Origin: an uncultured Clostridia bacterium
GTDB lineage: Bacteria > Bacillota > Clostridia > Christensenellales > CAG-314
NCBI GenBank assembly: GCA_947623225.1
Contig: CANQGO010000005.1
Span: forward strand, 423-64,422
Length of the DNA: 64,000 bases
Reading direction: 5' to 3'
Shown: piece by piece, positions 56,801 to 64,000 of the stretch
Layout of the letters: each line of letters opens with the position of its first letter
How positions within the stretch are numbered: the first letter of the stretch is position 1
Translations under genes and position numbers: made by a program
Notes under the pieces: model-generated
What the model saw: only the letters and a program-made list of their open reading frames with translations
What the model was told of the DNA's origin: nothing
Databases searched by the model: none

Positions 56801-59800
56801 TCGTATACGGCGATATAGACCTGAGAGTGAACTTCACCGAGCGGGACGGCGCGTTGCTGTTTGAGGAAGTGTGTGTGACATTCGCCATAGAGGGCGAGAC
56901 GTACGAGGCGCGCCTGACGCAGAGCGACAGGCAAGCGGACAAGTTGAGTACGGCGGGCGAATTCGTCAACGGCAATGTGCTTGCAGAGCAACTGATGGAT
57001 ACCGTGCTGACGCTGAAGGACGCCGAAGCGGTGCAATTGACGATAGAGAACGCTCGTCTTACGGTGGGCGGAAGCGTGTATTCGGCGGACGTGACGCTGA
57101 ACACCAACGGCGGCACGGCATTGACGCTGTCACTGCGTGACGGCACCACACGCAAGGCGTTGGTATACGCCGACATACGTATACTGGACGGCGTGGCATA
57201 TATAGACTTCAACGGTATCAGACAGGCTTTGGACCTGACCGAGATACTCCCGTCCGGTCAGACGGATATGCCCGAGGCGGCTGCCGTCATAGCCGTACTG
57301 TACGAGTTGAGAGGTATGAACGGCGTATTGGACAGCATACTGGACGCTGTGGACAGGTTGCCGCGCGACCTTGACGGTATCACATTCTCGCAGATAATAG
57401 AGCATGTGACGCAGACGCAAAACGGTATAAGCGTTCGTCTGGATCCGTCGCAATTTGCACTGGACGGCGTCACGCTGGATATAGGCTTGGGCGTTGCGCC
57501 GACGATAGGCGTGGACGGTTTCACGTTGGGCGAGGTATCGGTATCCTTCGAGGCGGCATTGGATTGCTCGACAGAGCCGGTGACGGAGCCGGAAGGCGAC
57601 TACGGCACGGTGCTGAGCGTGAGTTATGGCGAGATGAGCGGTGCCGTGATGCTGGACCTGTACGGCAAGAGCGTGTACGGTCAGCTGGATATCACGGACA
57701 AGGACACGGTGCTCTTTGAGTACGAAGGCGGCAATGTATACCTGCAATACGGCAATGTGAATGTCGTATGCGGTACCAAGGATATAGGTCTGCTGCTGGC
57801 TGCGGTGAGCAAGTTCGTCACACTGCCCGAATTGCCGCAGACGGACGGCACAGACATATTGCAGACTGTGAAAGAGGTATTTTCGCAGATGGGATATACC
57901 CGTACAGACACGGAAGAAGGCTATATGCTGACCGTGCGCTACGGCGACATGAGCGTATATGTGCGCTTCCGTTGCGACGGCGACAGAGTGAGCGCGGACA
58001 GCATAGAGATACTGCCCGACGGTACACAGACTATCGCGTTGCGCTTCGGCGAGGCGGATATAGCACGGCTGGACACGCAAGCGCGCTTCGACGATATCAC
58101 CCGTATAGTGGATACATTCGCTCAACCCGTTGCGGATATCCTGAACGCAAACAGCTATGGCGCGCACTTCGATATCTCGCTGGACGCGGGCGGCGAATAC
58201 TACGCCGAGGGCGACTTCACGCTGGATGCGCAGGGCAATATATCCGTCGCGGCACTGGTGAAGGATGGCGATATCGATATTTTGGATATAGCTCTGACGC
58301 GCATGGGCGAGTCGGTATATCTCACCGTCAACGGCATAAGCGTGAGGTTCCGTATGCAGGGTACCGAGGGCGCAGACGTGAGCGGTATAGCGCAGCTGCT
58401 GGAGGACGAACGAATACAGGCTGTGCTGAGCGAACACCCGAGTATAGCCGCGCTGATAGACCGGATACAGACCGTCGCGGACAAACTCGCGCATACGGAT
58501 ATCGCTACGATAGCCTTTGCCAAGCTCATAGACTCGTTTGAGTTCGATGACGGCACGGATACATTGACGGTGGGCGTCGACGCGAGCGACCTGTCGCTGG
58601 GCAGATTCACTCTCCGTCTGTGCAACGACGACGGCAACCTCGTGCTGTCGCTGAGCGATCTGGAATTGGCGGATATACGCCTGAGAGAGGCGGAAGTGAC
58701 GCTCATGACGAACGTTGCGGACGTGACGGTGCCGGGCGAGGCGCAGGACTACATACTCAAACTGAACATATCCGGCTTCGGCGCAAATATAGACCTCGCG
58801 GCGGATCTGTACAATATGGACATATGGGCACAGATACACTACACGCACGAGGAGATACAGGGTATCACAATAGACGAGTACGCTTCGGTACTCTTCAGTG
58901 ACAATATCCTGTATGTGGATCTGAACAATATACACCTCAAGTTCCGCACGTCGGGACTTATGGACGCCGTAACGCGTATCATGGCTCTGGCAGGAGCAAG
59001 CGGATCGGTGAATGTCGCCGATATAGACGTGAATGACATCCTGTCTCGCCTGGACTACGAGATAGTGGGCGGCAACCCGCTGTTGACATACGAGAGCAAC
59101 GGATTGACGCTGGCGGTACGCTTCGGACGCGACGAGCAAGGCAGATTGGCATTTGCCGGCGTGACGGGAGACATAGGCGGCGAGAAGATAGAGATAACTC
59201 CGCAGCAGTCTGCCGTGACGGAGCAGCCGTCTACTGAAGGAACGTATACCGACGGCAACGATATGCTGGATACGGTAAGCAACGTGCTGAATATACTGGA
59301 CGTCAAGGCATTGGCAGCTGGCACCAAGGGTATAGATACCAACTTCGACCTGTCGCTGAGCCTCGACGGCAGAGCGTACACGGCGGCACTGCGCGTGCAG
59401 TACTTCGAGGGACTGAAAGTATGGCTGACGCTGTACGACGGAAGCGCGGAAGAGGGTAAACTCATCGCCCAAGGCAGCGTAACGTTCAAGGCGGGCGTAC
59501 TGTACATAGACGTCAACGGTATCCGACAGGCTGTGGATCTGAGGAGTCAAGGCGAGCACGCGGGCGAAGGTGCGACAAGCGTACAGGGCGGCGAGAAGAA
59601 GTTCTCGCTCGATCAACTGAGCGGTGCGCTGGAGCAGTACAGACATATGCATGGCGTCATAGACGCTGTCATAGACCTGGTGCAGGGACTGCCCGAGCGT
59701 CTGCGCTCGATAGATACGGTATCCTCACTTATAGTTGGACTCACGGCGGATGACGGCAAGGTGACATTGGCACTCAACGGACCTGCTATAGGTCTCAAGC

Positions 59801-62800
59801 GCAACGTAGCCGTCACGGTGGGAGTACAGGACGGCAAAGCGACCTACTCCATAGGAGATATAGCACTGCCGAGCGTTACGCCTACGGCGAAGGCAACGTA
59901 TGCGTTGTTCGCCACGCTGTCCGGCAGTATATGCGCCACAAGCGAAGCGGTGAAGGTAGAGGGCAGCGCAGAGGACTATATCACCGACCTGTCCCTCGAC
60001 CTGACTCAGTCCGCGCCCGTCATGACGATGGCGTACGGCGAGAGCGTACAGCAGGTGTTGCACGCGGGCATACGTCTGGATCTGTATCACGGGCTCATAC
60101 ACGCGACCGTCTCCTACGGCGGCAACCAAGTGACGCTGGAGGTGGATATATCCGAAGGCATAGCCGACGGCGTCGTGTATGTATTGGTGGGCAAGGATAT
60201 CTCCTCCGGCACCAAGATGAAGTTCGACCTCGCCGATACGGACAGCCTAATGCAGGCACTGGCTCAGATGGGCATCGAGTTGCCCGAGACGAGCGGCAAC
60301 GGCGGCAGCGTCTCCGATACGGCAAGCAAATTGCTTGGCGGCATACGCTACGAGCGTGCTGTACAGGGCGGCAAGGACGTCGGCTACACGCTGGCACTGA
60401 ATATAGAAGGTATATCAGTGGGCGTGGGCTTCCGTGCCGAGTCGGACGGACTGACGCTGGACGATCTGTCCCTGTACGGCGGTAACTTCCTGCTGAGCAA
60501 GGCGTCTACCGACTACGACGTGACGGAGTTGAACGCGGCAGACAACGCGCAGGCTTACTCCTTCGACGCGGCGGAGGTGCTGGAGGCATTCGCACCCTCT
60601 ATCGGCAGTCTGCTGGCTCCCGAGGGCGGCTACACGCTGCAACTGAATGGCGTCACGCTGGGACTGCTCCGTCAGGGCAATTCCTACTACAAGGTAGACG
60701 GCTCCGTCACGATAGCGGAGGGCAATATACATATCAAATTGACCGCTCACAGCGGCTCGGACAAGTACAACTTCGCAGGCAATGCGTTGCTGAGCGACGT
60801 GGAAGTATGGCTGTATGAGGACGCGCTGTATATCGATCTGGGCGGTATCAGAGTGAGAGTGCCGATGAATAACTCGGACGAGCAGCAGTCGGATACGGAT
60901 ATAGACTCCGTGCTGAACGCGCTCAAGGGCTACAGCGACAGCATAGACGCCGTGGTGACCCTGATCGAGAATATATTAGCTACGGACTTGCACACGCTCA
61001 ACGTGACGGATATGCTGGGTTTGAAGTATGCAGACGGTACGCTCACTGCCAACGTGGACGGCAGCAGGTGGGGTATCAACGAATTCTCGCTGAACGCACA
61101 GCCGCTGGACAAGGGTATATCGATCACTCTGGGCGATCTGGAGAGTGATAACACGCTGTATCTCGGCGGTAATATCACCGTCACGGGCGACGGCAGCGTC
61201 GACAAGCCCATAGGCAATGACTGGGCGACGGATCTGGATATCACCATCGACGATCACGGCGACATGAGCAACAAAGTCCACGTCAGAGTAGACCTGACGG
61301 ACAAAAAAGTATACGCCGAGATAGAGTCTCCCTCTGCGACCGACACCGCCAGACTGTATGTCAAGTACGATATCCCGACCAATACATTGTGGGTAACCGA
61401 CAAGAATAAAGTTAACGCGTCCGTGAATATAGACAGCGTGAGCCGTCTCGTGGACGAGGTGCAGAAGATAGTCGTGCAGGTATCCGGCGACGAGAATGAG
61501 AAACTGCCCGACCTTATAGGCGGCGGCTTGGATCTCAAGGCTATCAAGGACTCTTTGGAGATCACCCACGACACCGCACGCGGCACTCTCGGCGCGTCGC
61601 TCACCGCTATGGGCTTCGGAGTGACTGTGGAGATAGCCAACGGTGCTATCACGGCAAAAGTGAATGTCGGCAGCATATTCCCCGAGACCGCTTTGCACGT
61701 GGGCAGAGCACAGGCGTCTCAGAAGGGTATGGCTGAGGACCTCGACGAGTATATCGGCAAGTACGACAAGCAGGACTCTTCCCGCAAGTTCGTCTCGCTG
61801 GATACCATACTGAACTACTGGTTCTACAAGAACGGCGAGGTGAGCGAGGATCCCGAGGACAACGGCGTCATATACGACCTTGTCAATACCAACGCCTGGA
61901 TGTTTGCCTTCGACGGCGACGTACAGGGCGACAACAGTACGGAACTCACGCTCAACGGTACCACTTACCGCATAGGTCAAGGCTCCTTCCTCTCCTTCTA
62001 CTTCGACAAGGCAGAGACCTCCTTCAGTATGGAGACGCTCATAGACGAATTCGGTCAGAAGGACAAGACGCAGGCGTACAACGATCTGTTCATCCTGCTC
62101 AACTCTCTGCAACTGCGCGCCAAGTTGAATATATACAAGGGCACTACGGACGCAAGCGGCAATATGACCTTCTCCGAGTGCATGCTGCTGGACGTGGCAT
62201 TGCTGCGCGACACGGCAAGCAAGGAAGCGGACAAGAACACTTCCCGCCTGTATGTGAGCTACGATACGAGCAGCAACTCGAGTCGTCCCGGTACCCTGCG
62301 CGCTACTCTCAGCGTGGATACCTTGAAGAACGTCATCCAACTCAAGGACGAACTGGATAAGGTGCTGGGCGGTGCCATCACCGGTATGGTCAACTCCATC
62401 ACCAAGATGATAGCCGACATGCAGCAGAACGCGGCAGAGTTGCGCATTGGCAAACTCGCTCGCCTGTTCAACGAAGTGAGCTACGGCGGCGAGGACCGCA
62501 CGGGCACCAACCTGGTACTGAGGCTCAACGGCTCCGTGCTGGGCGGCGACATAGGCGAGATCGGTCTGGACGTACAACCCTACAACAGCGCGGACGCGAG
62601 CATAGGCAACGGCTTGCAGGTCAACGCTCTGCAGTTCTCCTACGGCGATATCAGCCTGGATCTCCGCAATGTGACGGTCACGGCAAGTCCCTTCACCTCC
62701 ACAGGCGACGGCGACACCGCAGACGCTCGCAAGTATACATACGTGGATTCCCGTATAGACTCCTACCGCACGGACAACCGCGCAGGCGCAGCCACCGGCA

Positions 62801-64000
62801 GCGCGTCGGATATGACCGCCAGCGGCTATGACAGAGCCAACGACCACGGCAGCGATATGACCAACTTCATCAACCTGGACAGCCTGTACGAGTTGGCGTC
62901 CTCCGTCATCATCACCGCATCCAACTACGGTGCCAAGACGCCCGCAGGTACCACACCCGCGCGCGTAGATGAGGGCTATCGCTCCTTCAGGATAGAAGGG
63001 GATCTGACTATTAGTCTGCATTTGTTGGGTAGAGATATACAATTGAGTAATATTCATCTTACTATGTATGCGGATATAGATAAGGACGGAGAGAGTTACT
63101 TCGCTGTCAAGATCCATAGAGATGAGGATAATATCCCATTAGTGGAGGCGTTCGCAGATAAGGGAGGAGACAGTTATCTGACATTCGATACGGTCAGCAA
63201 AACATTCAGTGTGTACAGGGATTCAATTTTGAGTAGGAAAATTTGCCCGGGATGTGGATTATCCATTTACCATGTTGTTAAGGAAAAAAGGAATGGTGAC
63301 TGGCGGGCAGTTGAATATGGTTATTGCGATAATCCCGAATGTAAGGATAGGAATAGTTACAAATTGAGTGCGTGGGCGTCTGCTGATAAACTTGGTTCTG
63401 AGGCGACCGGCATGCCGGATTTCCATGATACCGGTATCACTCCCGCCGAGTTCATGAGCAACTTGATGAGCGGCACGGCAGACGCGAGATGCCCGCGTGG
63501 ATATCTGTTTGAGATGATAAATCTTGGCTCGCTCTTAGGTCAAAAAATTGAAAAAATTATAATGGATCAAATAGGTAAACAGGATAGCAAAGTATTCGGT
63601 GTGGACTATGGTGTGGAGGATATACTGGACAGCGGCGACTCGTACAACTACGGCGACGCCGTGGACAATAGCAACAAACCCGTAACCGACCACAAACAGT
63701 TCCAGGTCAAGGCAAATCTTAAACCTATATCGAGTGCGTTGGGTACGCTGGATATCAAGATACACCACAGCGGCGACTTCAAGCAGTTGATGCAGTATCA
63801 GGACGGCAAGTGGGTGTATGACGAGAGTAAGTTGGCAGAGATCAAACTGGACAGACTGTGCGGCGGATTAAATATAGTTACTTCAACCGGGTTAACGATT
63901 ATACAAATTGATTTCGACCTTACGCACACGACGCCGGGATACGGTACAGCGGCGTATTACGTACAGAACAACGCGGATATGTGGAACTTGAGTATACCGT
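53812..64000 (+). CDS. giant membrane-anchored repeat protein, 5' part only (at least 3,396 codons in the window, no stop reached), no recognised family
   Basis: ATG 53812 follows AAAAGGAAA. I translated the frame by hand to position 63999 and met no stop. Frame checkpoints were confirmed at 54001, 55000, 57001 and 60001, and codon by codon from 63001 to 63999. No fragment of this frame appears in the ORF track, which is consistent with an ORF lacking an in-window stop. The N-terminus MPKFKIICFVVAAIMAAVGTMLVLKNL is a single TM anchor. Confidence 0.85.
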   Translation, partial: MPKFKIICFVVAAIMAAVGTMLVLKNLNNDFVPPDKVVSTDMNTYLDRTEDMDISDRTRDAREFLFVAHKILLQRPAFKGVSSGTSTAMGGIEQSVLNTRVVLGEFGNKRVFKEMVTKGIVSNAYQLYLVGLGETGNYIYRGFDRVREIDNVEWSGQAQPLSMQAFYNRFGHRSDKLTSYILNWDTVTDGEFVEEKDGLYTFLYNLDTETAPADLRYEMVTNGNLADFPKFTKCRIYVTMDADFNIRSLRTDCAYQATTMGINAPCAEDITEVIEDYEGDLPYTDFFSAYLGQVGGNDIQSDPTALNMLMDMFAPYLGGEELRAYMTVTKEGEAVTDALISLSGLDISDLSKLTVDMRLGELNVCYKHGEGKILVNWQDFNGSATVDGIMQLVEAFSSLGEPQALSESAMPEIDLGALLEGLTFSTEGNICTVDLPVSLEQLIGVDMQVNARFTGVLQGDKYVFDHADISINDTDIHISLREWTPTVIDGNAPEILGLADLIVNGKLALSADVELPLSDRTYRVQANVLADLGNGSVSADAILGNNGSAHIVYADNIAYLALGNVKVRLDVDDTDDLLTLIGQFAGDGLTGGALPQVDVVEILALLGGFRAEGDGSNITLSLSTDELTVGLDIVSELGRWNVRSVTVRGMGIEAQLTPSDMQGEVTVPADGDEYADITEMVAQFDGPILGLAVANGYALNANVDLLSDGTGYHLAAQAYIDEEGSVSVSASVDNGNVKLLCADAVYAKDALYLQLNGIKVALPISGSDGDVDMSAALDRLAADEQVRQLLADSGIVKIVALVRQLAEFDPTTLLDVDFAALITDFGYADGVLSLAADGSALGLEGVSIACSLYVRDGGLALDIDRLTFADMTLSGDVAVAPYNRTIALPDAKEYVTALYAELMGAQAYITADLLNDDIWASVHIGNEDILLRYTAGKVYLVYGGARIAIDTKELDTLTEKIEQLTGTVDTAMPDMTQLLAVFAALSADFTGEPNISLVYGDIDLRVNFTERDGALLFEEVCVTFAIEGETYEARLTQSDRQADKLSTAGEFVNGNVLAEQLMDTVLTLKDAEAVQLTIENARLTVGGSVYSADVTLNTNGGTALTLSLRDGTTRKALVYADIRILDGVAYIDFNGIRQALDLTEILPSGQTDMPEAAAVIAVLYELRGMNGVLDSILDAVDRLPRDLDGITFSQIIEHVTQTQNGISVRLDPSQFALDGVTLDIGLGVAPTIGVDGFTLGEVSVSFEAALDCSTEPVTEPEGDYGTVLSVSYGEMSGAVMLDLYGKSVYGQLDITDKDTVLFEYEGGNVYLQYGNVNVVCGTKDIGLLLAAVSKFVTLPELPQTDGTDILQTVKEVFSQMGYTRTDTEEGYMLTVRYGDMSVYVRFRCDGDRVSADSIEILPDGTQTIALRFGEADIARLDTQARFDDITRIVDTFAQPVADILNANSYGAHFDISLDAGGEYYAEGDFTLDAQGNISVAALVKDGDIDILDIALTRMGESVYLTVNGISVRFRMQGTEGADVSGIAQLLEDERIQAVLSEHPSIAALIDRIQTVADKLAHTDIATIAFAKLIDSFEFDDGTDTLTVGVDASDLSLGRFTLRLCNDDGNLVLSLSDLELADIRLREAEVTLMTNVADVTVPGEAQDYILKLNISGFGANIDLAADLYNMDIWAQIHYTHEEIQGITIDEYASVLFSDNILYVDLNNIHLKFRTSGLMDAVTRIMALAGASGSVNVADIDVNDILSRLDYEIVGGNPLLTYESNGLTLAVRFGRDEQGRLAFAGVTGDIGGEKIEITPQQSAVTEQPSTEGTYTDGNDMLDTVSNVLNILDVKALAAGTKGIDTNFDLSLSLDGRAYTAALRVQYFEGLKVWLTLYDGSAEEGKLIAQGSVTFKAGVLYIDVNGIRQAVDLRSQGEHAGEGATSVQGGEKKFSLDQLSGALEQYRHMHGVIDAVIDLVQGLPERLRSIDTVSSLIVGLTADDGKVTLALNGPAIGLKRNVAVTVGVQDGKATYSIGDIALPSVTPTAKATYALFATLSGSICATSEAVKVEGSAEDYITDLSLDLTQSAPVMTMAYGESVQQVLHAGIRLDLYHGLIHATVSYGGNQVTLEVDISEGIADGVVYVLVGKDISSGTKMKFDLADTDSLMQALAQMGIELPETSGNGGSVSDTASKLLGGIRYERAVQGGKDVGYTLALNIEGISVGVGFRAESDGLTLDDLSLYGGNFLLSKASTDYDVTELNAADNAQAYSFDAAEVLEAFAPSIGSLLAPEGGYTLQLNGVTLGLLRQGNSYYKVDGSVTIAEGNIHIKLTAHSGSDKYNFAGNALLSDVEVWLYEDALYIDLGGIRVRVPMNNSDEQQSDTDIDSVLNALKGYSDSIDAVVTLIENILATDLHTLNVTDMLGLKYADGTLTANVDGSRWGINEFSLNAQPLDKGISITLGDLESDNTLYLGGNITVTGDGSVDKPIGNDWATDLDITIDDHGDMSNKVHVRVDLTDKKVYAEIESPSATDTARLYVKYDIPTNTLWVTDKNKVNASVNIDSVSRLVDEVQKIVVQVSGDENEKLPDLIGGGLDLKAIKDSLEITHDTARGTLGASLTAMGFGVTVEIANGAITAKVNVGSIFPETALHVGRAQASQKGMAEDLDEYIGKYDKQDSSRKFVSLDTILNYWFYKNGEVSEDPEDNGVIYDLVNTNAWMFAFDGDVQGDNSTELTLNGTTYRIGQGSFLSFYFDKAETSFSMETLIDEFGQKDKTQAYNDLFILLNSLQLRAKLNIYKGTTDASGNMTFSECMLLDVALLRDTASKEADKNTSRLYVSYDTSSNSSRPGTLRATLSVDTLKNVIQLKDELDKVLGGAITGMVNSITKMIADMQQNAAELRIGKLARLFNEVSYGGEDRTGTNLVLRLNGSVLGGDIGEIGLDVQPYNSADASIGNGLQVNALQFSYGDISLDLRNVTVTASPFTSTGDGDTADARKYTYVDSRIDSYRTDNRAGAATGSASDMTASGYDRANDHGSDMTNFINLDSLYELASSVIITASNYGAKTPAGTTPARVDEGYRSFRIEGDLTISLHLLGRDIQLSNIHLTMYADIDKDGESYFAVKIHRDEDNIPLVEAFADKGGDSYLTFDTVSKTFSVYRDSILSRKICPGCGLSIYHVVKEKRNGDWRAVEYGYCDNPECKDRNSYKLSAWASADKLGSEATGMPDFHDTGITPAEFMSNLMSGTADARCPRGYLFEMINLGSLLGQKIEKIIMDQIGKQDSKVFGVDYGVEDILDSGDSYNYGDAVDNSNKPVTDHKQFQVKANLKPISSALGTLDIKIHHSGDFKQLMQYQDGKWVYDESKLAEIKLDRLCGGLNIVTSTGLTIIQIDFDLTHTTPGYGTAAYYVQNNADMWNLSIP
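54915..61700 (+). repeat. degenerate in-frame tandem protein repeats inside the giant ORF (sub-unit about 190 aa, unit about 380 aa, super-unit about 755 aa)
   Basis: A recurring strand motif, x-Y-[IL]-x-[LFV]-N/G-G-I-x-x-x, appears at 55480, 56059, 56620, 57193, 57733, 58312, 58906, 59497 and 60823. NGIRQA(L/V)DL occurs at 57193 and 59497. ADL(L/Y)N.DIWA..H occurs at 56542 and 58801, 2,259 nt apart. Confidence 0.7.
63244..63342 (+). other. Cys4 zinc-ribbon-like motif encoded inside the giant ORF
   Basis: The sequence CPGC-GLSIYHVVKEKRNGDWRAVEYGY-CDNPEC gives the spacing CxxC-x23-Cx4C. It lies inside the low-GC patch. Confidence 0.45.

Noticed and set aside
53806-63117. Three long minus-strand ORFs from the track (53806-56073, 755 aa; 57130-59652, 840 aa; 60976-63117, 713 aa), plus + strand fragments such as 57768-58541.
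   Set aside because: Their translations are His/Arg/Tyr/Val/Gln-rich low-information strings with no start context, and they lie entirely antisense to or out of frame with the continuous giant + frame. They are typical shadow ORFs of a GC-rich coding region.
1-64000. Search for CRISPR arrays, tRNA or rRNA genes, IS elements, integrases, phage genes and toxin-antitoxin pairs.
   Set aside because: No short direct-repeat and spacer arrays were seen. No intergenic region is long enough or shaped like a tRNA or rRNA. No ORF carries transposase or integrase motifs. The intergenic regions are fully explained by promoters, terminators and the two riboswitch-like leaders.

Overview
Chromosomal window from what looks like a Gram-positive, Clostridia-like bacterium. 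This rests on whiA, many lipobox lipoproteins, GGAGG ribosome-binding sites, TTGACA-N17-TATAAT promoters and rho-independent terminators. GC looks about 55-60% by eye and was not computed. I can support about 46 protein genes. I saw no rRNA, tRNA, CRISPR array, transposase or integrase.

Gene content, in order:
- an RND permease plus cardiolipin synthase
- a GH13 alpha-glucosidase plus a HAD hydrolase
- a cobalamin-riboswitch-controlled lipoprotein and membrane-protein operon, back-to-back with a DUF4430-like plus membrane-protein pair
- proS
- an extracytoplasmic flavinylation module: FMN-binding lipoprotein, ApbE-NusG_II fusion and Gx-type membrane protein
- murB, whiA and dnaE
- a LysR-linked small-molecule-modifying cassette
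- MarR plus a heterodimeric ABC exporter
- an OmpR/HK two-component system
- a RumA-type methyltransferase and tcdA
- a P-type ATPase with a Mn-riboswitch-like terminator leader
- an acyl-ACP thioesterase, a MATE transporter, and dtd-sdaA
- a secreted endonuclease-I/Big_2 protein

The most striking feature is absent from the supplied ORF track. From ATG 53812 the + strand stays open to the window end, at least 3,396 codons. It encodes an N-terminally membrane-anchored, acidic, hierarchically repetitive giant protein that I cannot assign to any named family. Its in-window end is a low-GC mosaic patch carrying a Cys4 zinc-ribbon-like motif.
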